Position numbers and translations under genes: made by a program. A model generated the notes under the pieces. That model saw only the letters and a list, made by a program, of their open reading frames with translations. It searched no databases and was not told the origin of the DNA. A stretch of DNA of 63,163 nt, counting the filler, from Octopus bimaculoides (taxonomy: Eukaryota), in the NCBI RefSeq assembly GCF_001194135.2. It is 4 parts of 4 records of this genome, joined end to end, with 100 filler letters (N's around TTAATTAATTAA, not from the genome) between each part and the next. Parts side by side here need not be neighbours in the genome. Positions count along the whole stretch, not along the records: positions 30,872 to 47,750 come from NC_068987.1; positions 47,851 to 63,163 come from NW_026306484.1; 2 more parts are not named here. One strand, written 5' to 3'. Below, in pieces: positions 42,846 to 53,040 of this stretch; the stretch's first letter is position 1, and every line of letters begins with the position of its first letter.

Positions 42846-43635
42846 AAAAGATCGTATATCGGTTAATACGAAAAATAACTTAATTCTTTATTATAAATTC
42901 CTACAGTTTCCATTCATGGCGAGCCTAGCAGATCAATCATTCGCCGATTTCAAAGGGAATTCTGTAATTATCAAAAGTGAATACACTCACATTAATCCCA
43001 GCTCATGAACAGCAATATGTTGTAAAACAATATTGTTGAAGTCATGTTAATAAGTTAATTACTAGGATTGATTTCTCCATTGAGTGTCGGTTCCTTCAAA
43101 CTCTTGATCTAGTTATATATATACCCTCTGTTTTCTTTGAGCGAATATAAAGTAAGTTTGTACATGAATAAGTCAACCAGCTTAAAACAACGAGATATTG
43201 TGGCAGCCATCAAAACTGGAAAAACCCACTTTATGAAAACACTATTAACGTCATATTTGCCGAAGAACTTCTTCCGGTAATTAACTTTATGAAGCAGCAT
43301 GGTTTTCTTCATAAAAATCTTAACTGTCATTGCCGTAATGTTTCTCAGAACAAGACAAGATTCTGTATAGAAAGATAACCATACATGGATGTACCAAGTG
43401 AAGAAAAGTGCCAAATATAAACAGTATGAAACAATTCTTAAAATATCATTTTATTTATTAGTTATTTATTTATTTTGGTCGATCAAGAAATCTTACGTAA
43501 ACGTTGCCAAAGTACGCCAATTAAATTCATAATACGGTAAATCATTCTTTGAATTCTGTTGTATCCTGGGAGAGTCGTTTTACCAATAATCCTTTCTACA
43601 ATAGGCACAAGGTCGGGATCCGTGTGAGCGTGCGT

Positions 43636-43902
43636 TATATAAGTTCAAAAAAGAAAACGACAAAAAAAAACAACAAAATCTTCCACAAGGTAACCTCGTG
43701 GATATCGTTGGCGATTTTTTCTTCCTCCGTCTTCCCTTCTTTGGACTTTCCTATGTTTCCGACGAAGAGTTCCGCTCGAAACATCAACATCAAATTGTCT
43801 TTCTTTCCTTTCCCGAGCGTCCAGTAACACAATATCTGTATCACGTCCTCGTGTTGTTGTTTTTGTTGTTTTTTGCATTTTTTTGTCGTTTTCTTTTTTG
43901 AA

Positions 43903-43910
<8 letters not shown>
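43636..43910. repeat. 275-bp element with perfect 33-bp terminal inverted repeats
   Basis: TATATAAGTTCAAAAAAGAAAACGACAAAAAAA at 43636-43668 and its exact reverse complement at 43878-43910. Confidence 0.85.
43753..43790 (+). ncRNA. Degenerate minimal hammerhead-like motif
   Basis: AUGUU-U-CCGACGA-A-GAGU-UCC-GCUC-GAAA-CA-UC-AACAU: 5-bp stem I, core-like heptamer, 4-bp stem II, GAAA and UH. Confidence 0.4.
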
Positions 43911-43949
<39 letters not shown>

Positions 43950-44010
43950 ATGCATATATATGTGTATATATATGTATATATATATAAATATGTATATATA
44001 AATGTATATA

Positions 44011-44059
<49 letters not shown>

Positions 44060-44269
44060 GTATATATATGTATATATATGCATATATGTGTATATATATA
44101 TATGTGTGTATATATATATATATATGTATACATATATATATTTATATGTATATCTATGTGTATATATATATGTATATAAATGTATATATATATATATGTA
44201 TATACATATATGTATATATATGCATATATTTATATATGTATATATGTATATATATATACATATATGTAT

Positions 44270-44308
<39 letters not shown>

Positions 44309-44554
44309 AAGGATTTTAACAGGTGGATTGAGAAAGATATTGTTTCAAATCGTATGCATGAATGCTGCGGTACAAATATAAAGAGACACCTATATCTGAT
44401 TCAAGATTAACCCATCAAGTATTACTCATTTTTGAAAGCGTCATTATTTTGTTTCCCGTGTCCTTTCTCTTTGACTTTATCGCTTGTAGTAACCAGAATA
44501 TTAACCAGAGTATTAATGTTCTTTATATATTATTAAAAACTTGTATATACATAT

Positions 44555-45430
44555 ATAGTGGGTCATCCCATAAAAAATGCAGTTTTTTTTTTACTTCTCT
44601 TATTTTTCAAAATTAAGATGAACAAAATTCTTTTTTAATCTAAAATATACACTCCTTCATTTTCTACAATGCTCTTCCATCTATCTGGTAGATTTGCAAG
44701 GACCCTCTCCCAAAATTCACTTGTCCGTGACGAAAAATACTTCCCCAGTACTGTTTTGACCTCGTCTACAGAATTCATATTTTTTCCATCCAAATGATTT
44801 TGAAGACTGCGGAATAAATGATAATCAGATGGGGCAATGTCCGGCAAATATGGTGGGTTGGTCATCGTTTCCAATTCAAACTGCTTCAGCGTTTGGAATG
44901 TGGCCGAGCACTATCCTAATGGAAGAACACCTTTCGCCTTGAAACCAGAGGCTGTGGTTTTCCGATGGAACATAGGTGTCGATGAATGGTTGAATGACCA
45001 AATCCAAGCTGTTCTGCTAGTTCTTCAACAGTTACAATGGGATTTTGTTCCACCAGTGTTTGCAGGACGTTCTCGTTGAGCTCTTCAGATCTTCCAGGAC
45101 GAGGCTCGTCTTCTAGGCTGTAGTTTCCGGCTCGGAATTTATGGAACTACCGTTGACACCGGCTTATGCTTATTGTCCGATCCACATATACTGCACTAAT
45201 ATTCCGTTACGTTGTTGCCTTTATTGAACTCATTAAGCAAAATATGCCGAATATACTTCCTTGTCACTTCAATTGAAGCTTTGAAAAAATAACTTTTAAT
45301 ATCAAACTACACTCTTCAAAATTTGCACTAAGAATAAAGACAAGGTAAAATTACTACCTGCTTTTATAGTGATTTGATGCAAGTAGTTTATCTCGTCCTC
45401 CTCCGACTTTTAGTTCATGCAATTGAAACT
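44555..45430 (-). mobile_element. Internally deleted mariner element
   Basis: PPYLPDIAPSDYHLFRSLQNHLDGK...LPDRWKSIVENEGVYILD*, HTH segment VEELAEQLGFGHSTIHRHL, and terminal repeat GGGTCATCCCATAAAAAATGCAG near 44557. Confidence 0.9.
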
Positions 45431-45479
45431 GCAGAATGAAACAAACAAAAAGAGGAAAAAGAAAGGAAGGTATATCTGG

Positions 45480-45720
45480 AGATGAGGATAAATCGATTAC
45501 ATCGACCCAAGTGTCAAGCATAGAGGGGACAAACAAGGACAGACAAAGGGATTAAGTCGATTACATCGACCTCAGTGCGCAACTAGTACTTAATTTATCG
45601 ACCCCGAAAGGATGAAAGGCAAACTCGATCTCGGCGGAATTTGAACTCAGAACATAAAGACAGAATACCGCTAAGCATTTCGCCCGGCATGCTAACGTTT
45701 TTGTCAGTTCGTCACCTTAG
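45480..45720 (-). mobile_element. SINE family B, alternative-tail variant
   Basis: AGAGGGGACAAACAAGGACAGACAAAGGGATTAAGTCGATTACATCGACC, as at 37420-37465. Confidence 0.85.
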
Positions 45721-46359
45721 GTAGTATGTTGTATTGTATCTTTCTTTCATAATCAGTAGACGTATGCTTCATGAGCCTTATATGTTTCCGGTACAGTCCA
45801 TGGGGAATATTCATAACATTACAGATTTGAAATTCCGGCTCTTTAGTTCTGAGCTAAAATCTCGCTGTGGTCAAATTTGGCTTTCATCGTTTCAGAGTTG
45901 ATAGCATCAAGCACCAATCAAGCACCGGATTCGATGATACCGACTGACACCCTTCCTTCAAAACTGTTTGCTTTGTGCCTAAACCAGAAATAATTTCAAC
46001 AGAACTGGATAGCAGCAGACAGGCAGATTCGTTAACGTACTTCCGCATAGTTTCTATAAATCAAATTCCACTCCTAAATGAATGGCCGAGTCGATGCAAT
46101 AGAAATAAAACAGTTACACAAGATGGCACGAGGGATCAAACCAGGATCTATGTGATTGCGAAACTAACTCCTTAACCACACGACCATGGCTGCGCACTGT
46201 GTGTAAATACCAATAAATACCAGTTCTTCCGTAGGTTTTCAAGTAACTTCGTATTAGCTGTACTATTACTAATAGTTTCTCTTTAGCTTCTTTATGTAAC
46301 AAGAACTCAACAGTTGTTAATGTTGTAACATTTGCCTGAACTATATAATTCTTTCTAAT

Positions 46360-46612
46360 TTTGAAATAGGACCAACGATTTCGAGGGGAGGGAGCAAGTC
46401 AATTACATCGACCCTAGTACTTGACTAATACTTAATTCATCAACCCCGAAAAGATAAAAGGTAAAGGCAAAAGATGGGAGGCAACGACCTCGACGGAATT
46501 TGAACTCAGGATATTCAAATTCCCATTCAAATTCCGCCGTAACGAACCGGAAGCTATGCCAGTAAGCATTTTGTCCGACGCGCTAATGATTCTGTCTGCT
46601 CGCCGGCTTTGT
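46360..46612 (-). mobile_element. Diverged SINE family B
   Basis: Homologous to other B copies, with a small internal duplication (ATTCAAATTCC twice). Confidence 0.7.
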
Positions 46613-46664
46613 TTGAGCTGTATAACAACAAGTTAAGGCGGCGAGCTGGCAGAGACGTTAGCAC

Positions 46665-46724
46665 GGAGACGTAAACACACCAACATTGGTCGTTAAGCGA
46701 GGCAGAGGGACAAACACAGACACA

Positions 46725-46794
<70 letters not shown>

Positions 46795-47005
46795 TATATT
46801 TGAAAAAGGATGCGTGGCGTTCGATCATATAAATACACACACACGACGGCTTTCTTTCAGTTTCCGTCTACCAAATCCACTCACAAGGCTTTGGTCGGCC
46901 CGGGGCTATAGTAGAAGACACTTCCCCAAGGTGTCATGCAGAAGAACTGAACCCGGAACTATGTGGTTGGGAAGCAAGCTTCTTACCACACAGCCACGCC
47001 TGCGC
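46665..47005 (-). mobile_element. SINE family A
   Basis: Homologous to 6680-6941, with an expanded (CA)n tract. Confidence 0.85.
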
Positions 47006-47018
47006 CATTATGTATATA

Positions 47019-47068
<50 letters not shown>

Positions 47069-47490
47069 CACACACACATCTATCTATCCATCTATATATA
47101 TATACTTTTATATATATATATATATATATATACATATATACATATATGCGCGCGCACACACACACACAATTCTGCTCACTTACCCTTACCCCCAGACTCA
47201 CACAGACACATATAATTGACATTTTTATTGTAAAGTGATATAAGTTACAATACACATGTAAACACTACAAGTTGAAAGGGAAATGCTATGACACCAACAG
47301 GAATTGAGTCATTACTTGCAGAATTTCACCATTTTGGGTCAGCAAGAATTGCAGAGATTGATTCCACTCAGATTTTATGGCATTTTATCTTTGAATGTTT
47401 ACATATCAGAGCAGATAGTACCGTCCTCTCTGACTTTGTACGAGTGTTTATTGGCTTGTGTATCTATCTATCTGTCTATCTATCTATCTG

Positions 47491-47549
<59 letters not shown>

Positions 47550-47654
47550 GTGTATCTATCTTTCCTGGAGGCCTTCCGACAAATTCACGCGTATTTACCA
47601 GTTGTTTGCAAATGTTCAATTCCTGGCATCGCCAAATGTCTGTGTGCGCGCGCG

Positions 47655-47750
47655 CGTTTGGTTTAAATAGCTTGCTTTGTAACCACACGGTTTCGGGTTC
47701 AGCCCCACTGCGCAGCACCTTGGAAAAGTGTCTTCTACTATAGCACCGGT
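47655..47750 (+). mobile_element. SINE family A head, truncated at a gap
   Basis: GGGTTCAGCCCCACTGCGCAGCACCTTGGAAAAGTGTCTTCTACTATAGC. Confidence 0.75.
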
Positions 47751-47850
47751 NNNNNNNNNNNNNNNNNNNNNNNNNNNNNNNNNNNNNNNNNNNNTTAATT
47801 AATTAANNNNNNNNNNNNNNNNNNNNNNNNNNNNNNNNNNNNNNNNNNNN
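47751..47850. other. Artificial scaffolding spacer: 44 N + TTAATTAATTAA + 44 N (also 24880-24979 and 30772-30871)
   Basis: The identical 100-bp structure occurs three times, and the 12-mer has stop codons in all six frames. Confidence 0.92.
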
Positions 47851-47866
47851 CAAAAGTCAAACATAA

Positions 47867-47899
<33 letters not shown>

Positions 47900-47902
47900 A
47901 AT

Positions 47903-47941
<39 letters not shown>

Positions 47942-48565
47942 TAATTCGTTTTATTGGCCACAAGGGCTAATATCAATTAAAAACATATAAGGACAAAGAC
48001 AGGACGAAGGATTCAAAAGGTTTTGTCCGAAAAGGTAGGAAAACGTTCGTCTAAACAGAGGAAGAAAACGGAGAAAGATATAACAAATAAATTGATAAAT
48101 AAATAGATAAATAAATAAGTAGAACTCCCAAAGGGGGAGGCGCTTCGAAAAAGGAAAGGTTACACGTGGAAAAACCCATAAAACCACGGGAGCCTGGTCA
48201 GAAAAAAATAACGAAGGGGTATAGAGCCCTTTCTCCTTTTGCATTACCTTTTTCTTTTTTTTTTTTTTTCTACAGGTGTATTCTCAGAATTGGTCCGTTT
48301 ATACTGGCCATTCTTCCAACAGACACCCATCTTTCAACGAATTTGCTATGAGACAGCACTTCCCTCTCTACTCTAATAATAGCTAGGCCCCACCTGCAAG
48401 GTTGTACATTGTTTATGTTGATACGAGATCACCATGTCACGCACATGTGGTTGCGATGCATGTACCTGGTGTACCCTTATCAGACGGGTAGTTATGATGG
48501 GTATACTGGGTTTCGTGTATTTCTATCCCAGTGTCACTTTGATGGCATGCACTGCTCTCTCACTC

Positions 48566-48620
<55 letters not shown>

Positions 48621-48851
48621 GTTTCGAATTTTGGTGCATAGCCAGTGCTTTTCACAAAAATTAACAAAAAAGAAGAGGAGAGAGAGGTGTGATTAGCAGG
48701 AGGGGGGTTGAGTCAGAGGAAGAGGTGTGTAGGGAAGAGAGGAGAGGAAATGTGGTGGGGGAAGGAAAAAGAGGAGGAGGAGGAGGAAGGAGAAGAAGGA
48801 GGTGGAGGAGTATGAGGACAAAGACGAAGAAGAAGAAATTGTCAGACTTAC

Positions 48852-48984
48852 CGGTACACTGTCTGCTTTAAAAAGCATAGGGTTCTTCACCCCACCAATA
48901 CTGGTACCAAATGTTATGCTGTCCTGGTCCGTCATTTCACCGCTTTGACGTGAACCGAATGGACAAGCGCCCATGTCTTGATTC
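48852..48984 (-). CDS. Next coding exon of the same Delta/Serrate-like gene (MNNL/C2 domain, continued)
   Basis: Minus strand reads ctcgtgctttccag|GAATCAAGAC...AGTGTACCG|gtaagt; 133 nt, phase 2 to phase 0, in frame with the upstream exon. Translation (G)NQDMGACPFGSRQSGEMTDQDSITFGTSIGGVKNPMLFKADSVP matches the C-x-F/Y-G...NP-hydrophobic-x-F...P segment of DSL-ligand C2 domains. Confidence 0.88.
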
Positions 48985-49067
48985 CTGGAAAGCACGAGAA
49001 TAATAGAAAAATAGTTACAGAGTCTGGTTGGTTGAGCACTTTCATTAACAAACGTACATATGCACAA

Positions 49068-49245
49068 AGGCACAGGAGTGGCTGTGTGGTAAGAAACCTG
49101 TTCCCCTACCACAAGGCTCCAGGTTCATCCCCAGTGTGTGGAAGTTTGGGTAAGTGTCTTCTCCTATAGCCTCGGGCTGACCGAAACCTTGTGAGTGAAC
49201 TTGGGAGACAGAAATTGAAAGAAACTCATCATATATATATATATG
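49068..49245 (+). mobile_element. SINE family A, 5' half, in the intron between the two exons
   Basis: GGAGTGGCTGTGTGGTAAG...GTGTCTTCTCCTATAGCCTCGGGCTGACC. Confidence 0.85.
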
Positions 49246-49644
49246 TATATATANNNNNNNNNNNNNNNNNNNNNNNNNNNNNNNNNNNNNNNNNNNNNNN
49301 NNNNNNNNNNNNNNNNNNNNNNNNNNNNNNNNNNNNNNNNNNNNNNNNNNNNNNNNNNNNNNNNNNNNNNNNNNNNNNNNNNNNNNNNNNNNNNNNNNNN
49401 NNNNNNNNNNNNNNNNNNNNNNNNNNNNNNNNNNNNNNNNNNNNNNNNNNNNNNNNNNNNNNNNNNNNNNNNNNNNNNNNNNNNNNNNNNNNNNNNNNNN
49501 NNNNNNNNNNNNNNNNNNNNNNNNNNNNNNNNNNNNNNNNNNNNNNNNNNNNNNNNNNNNNNNNNNNNNNNNNNNNNNNNNNNNNNNNNNNNNNNNNNNN
49601 NNNNNNNNNNNNNNNNNNNNNNNNNNNNNATATATATACCGCCT

Positions 49645-49860
49645 GGTTGGCCTTCGTGCTGAGTGGCACGTAAAAGCACCCACTACACTCTCGGAGGGGT
49701 TGGCATTAGGAAGGGCATCCAGCTGTAGAAACTCTGCCAAATCAGATTGGAGCCTGGTGTAGCCATCTGGTTTCACCAGTCCTCAGTCAAATCGTCCAAC
49801 CCATGCTAGCATGGAAAGCGGACGTTAAACGATGATGATGATGATGATGATGATGATGAT
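49645..49860 (+). mobile_element. SINE/LINE-tail family C ending in (GAT)n
   Basis: GTGGCACGTAAAAGCACCCACTACACTCTCGGAG...GCATGGAAAGCGGACGTTAAACGATGATG; also present at 52846-53040 and 60745-60975. Confidence 0.85.
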
Positions 49861-49950
49861 AATGATGATGGTGATGATTATTGTTATTATTATCATTATT
49901 ATTATTATTATTATTGTCATAGAAGTAGTTCCATCAACTGATATGCTTAC

Positions 49951-50105
49951 CCGTGCTGACGATCCAGACACACGGAGAACTGGTGATCACAGGCTGACCC
50001 ACAGATGATCCACCGACCGTCACAGCAATGTCCATTGCTCCCCTTGCCTCCACTGTTGGCATAACTTCTGAAGCGGATGCTGATTTGACCAGAACCATTA
50101 CTTTC
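49951..50105 (-). CDS. Internal coding exon of a Delta/Serrate-like (Notch-ligand-type MNNL/C2 domain) gene, first half of the domain
   Basis: Minus strand reads ttccctccag|GAAAGTAATGGT...CAGCACGG|gtaagc; 155 nt, phase 0 to phase 2. Translation ESNGSGQISIRFRSYANSGGKGSNGHCCDGRWIICGSACDHQFSVCLDRQH(G) has the SG-x-hydrophobic...N-x-x-G...CC...C..C...F.VCL pattern of the N-terminal domain of Notch ligands. Confidence 0.9.
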
Positions 50106-50529
50106 CTGGAGGGAATAAACACAACAGAGAGACATATAGTATACATATATAGTATACATATATAGTATATATATATACATATATATATATATACATATAT
50201 ATATACAGATATAGGGCAGGGAATTGCCAATTAATAATAAAATTAATAATTAACAATTTTGCCAAGTAGTTCAGTATGAAAAAACCTTTATCGGTAAAAC
50301 CATTTATAATCATAAATATACAGGGATTAGCATGAGTTGTTTCTCCAACATACTGAGAATTTAGAAATAGCAGTCAAAGAACTACTGATTCCTAACTACA
50401 AATTTTTTCTCTAACGGATAGCGATATTTATGGCACACACAGAACAAAAAACAAGAGAAAAGCAAGAAAAAATTTGTAATTTGGAATCAGTAGTTCTTTG
50501 ACTGATATATATACATATATATATATACA

Positions 50530-50712
50530 TATATATATATATACATATATACGACGGGCTTCTTTCAGTTTCCGTCTACCAAATCCACTCACAAGGCTTT
50601 GGTCGGCCCGAGACTATAGTAGAAGACACTTGCCCAAGGTGCCATGCAGTGGGAATGAACCCGGGACCATGTGGTTGGTAAGCAAGCTACTTACCACACA
50701 GCCACTCCTGCG
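50530..50712 (-). mobile_element. SINE family A, 5' half, upstream of the first detected exon
   Basis: Close match to 6780-6941; inverted relative to 49068-49245. Confidence 0.9.
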
Positions 50713-52471
50713 CTTATATATGTATATAATTCTATTAAGGGAGCATAGATTAACATGAAATTTCAATGAAAGCTTTTAATTTCGATCTCTTTCAAACAGG
50801 AAGTTCGTATTATAGAATTTAGAAGCAGTCTCAGGCGAATTGGTTATAAAACAGTTAAAATTAATTTCACAAAAATTAGATTAAATTCTGACACGCGATA
50901 CTTTTGTTTGAGAAACATTCCCATTGCATTTCTACCCTGAGAATGTTGTGCTAATACCCTTAAAACCCAATGGCTTAAAGTATAACACATGTTCATTAAT
51001 AATCTAGAATTCATAAGTGTTTTAGAAAGTATAAGCTTGTTTGGATTAATTATTAAACAATATAATTGCATACTTATGGCCTGAAGGGAAGTGCTGATAG
51101 GGGTAACATGTAGTTTTTATCCGGTGTTGAATTCACCAAGATGCAAACAGTAAATTATTCCGGGGGTATATTCCAGGTGTACTAGGTTTTCGTTGCAGAC
51201 CCATCAAAATTGGAAAATTCATTATAACTATTACTCTTACTCATTTAATCACAAATCATAACAGAAAATTTTATTATATCCCTGCTGGAAATTTGGTGCT
51301 GGGTGTCCTGAAATAACTCTTCAGCCCTCACAGCACATTGTATCATTAATATGTTACTGGACATATTGCAGAAGAATTGGAGAATGGTAAAAAAATTCTA
51401 AGTGAAGGGCGTGCGACAGCTTTGGCAGCACAGTTGGATGTTCGGTTTCATGACGAGAAGTTGTACTTTTAAATTAATTTAAAAATCCTAAACTAAAACT
51501 AATTTTTTTTTTACAACAATTTTTTTCTTACAATTTTGATCTTAATTTGTTTACAAAACTAATAATAGACTCTTAGAAATCAATCATCGTTTGTTACTGA
51601 AAGAACGCTGGTTCACACATACAAACATACAAACATACACTTACTTCCATTGTGCATGCACACACATACACACAAACACACTCACATTCCCTCTTTCAAA
51701 CACACACAGATATAAAATACACACAAACACACTCATACACATACACATGCACACAAACACACACTTTACCGTACACATTCTCTCTCTCTCTCTCTTACAC
51801 ACAAACACAAACACATTTTCTCTGTCTCTCTCACTCTCATACACACACATTTTCTTTCTCTCACACACCGACACATTCTCTCTTTCTCACACACACACAC
51901 ACAGATTCCCAGTCTTTCTCTCTTTCACACACACATCCACACATAATCCATACCCCACACACCCACACACAGATCTCGTCAGTCCCCAGTATCTGATTGT
52001 GCCATCCCAGGCAGTCTTCCTCCTCCGTCCGTCCGGTCTGCAAATGTCATCTGCAAAGGTCAGAATTCAATCGACAAACTAAGGTCACAGTCCACCTCAG
52101 AGAAAACTCTTCCTGTCACACACCGACTTTCCTCTTTTATCTGCACTGTCTGTCTGTTTGTCCCTCTCAATTTGTGTGTGTGTGTGTGTGTGTGTGTGAT
52201 ATGTATGTATGAATGTTACATAAGTATGTTCGTACGTATGTGTGTGTATATGTACGTACGTACATATGCGTATGTATACATATATATATGTATGAATGTA
52301 CGTATGCATTAACCATATAAATGTACGTATGTATATACATACGTACGTATGTATATATGTATGTACGTACGTTCTTTTGCATGCGTATGATACACATGCA
52401 TAACATTTTTTTTTCAGAATGAGATAAAAAAACCAAGGCTGTGAAGATTTTAGAACATTTATAAATAGAAG

Positions 52472-52519
52472 GTCTTACAGCTGTTTCAAGGATGTTTATT
52501 ATATCCCTTCATCGGAGAC
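52472..52519 (-). ncRNA. Minimal type-I hammerhead ribozyme-like motif (Penelope-type)
   Basis: Minus-strand RNA is GUCU-CCGAUGA-AGGGAU-AUAAUAAAC-AUCCUU-GAAAC-AGCU-GUA-AGAC. Stem I is GUCU/AGAC, the core is CCGAUGA (CUGANGA with U4>C), stem II is 6 bp, followed by GAAA, a palindromic AGCU loop at stem III and a GUA cleavage triplet. Confidence 0.6.
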
Positions 52520-52696
52520 GGTGTGAGAAGATGGTTAAGCAATAGTTTGAGCGTTACCTGACGCCTTTGGGTCTTATTGACACCATTACCTTACATATGT
52601 ACATATGTATGTACATAAGTATGTACGTGCGTATGTATGCATGTGTATATATGTACTGTATGTATGTATGTATGTACGTACGTATGTATGCATGTG

Positions 52697-52730
<34 letters not shown>

Positions 52731-52741
52731 TTCTTTAATTT

Positions 52742-52845
52742 TTTTCAGTCATTTGACTGTGGCCATGCCGGAGCACCACCTTTAGTCAAACAAATCAACC
52801 CCAGGACTTATTCTTTGTAAACCGAGTACTTATTCTATCGGCCCT
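52742..52845 (-). mobile_element. SINE family A, 3' end
   Basis: TTCAGTCATTTGACTGTGGCCATG...CCCCAGGACTTATTCTTTGTAA. Confidence 0.85.
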
Positions 52846-53040
52846 CGTGCCAGTGGCATGTAAAAAGCACCCACTACACTCTCGGAGTGGTTGGCGTTAG
52901 GAAGGGCATCCAGCTGTAGAAACTCTGCCAAATCAGACTGGAGCCTGGTGTAGCCATCCGGTTTCACCAGTCCCCAGTCAAATCGTCCAACCCATGCCAG
53001 CATGGAAAGCGGACGTTAAATGATGATGATGATGATGATA
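52846..53040 (+). mobile_element. Family C repeat
   Basis: Highly similar to 49650-49840. Confidence 0.88.

Noticed and set aside
45358-45428. Apparent minus-strand exon FQLHELKVGGGRDKLLASNHYKS with a strong acceptor, phase-compatible with the 48852 donor
   Set aside because: It lies in the mariner left-end region, has a weak donor (gtagta) and does not resemble the expected C2 continuation.
50098-50230. Alternative frames over the MNNL exon (KVMVLVKSASASEV...)
   Set aside because: Only the cysteine-rich frame matches a known domain and splices in phase with the next exon.
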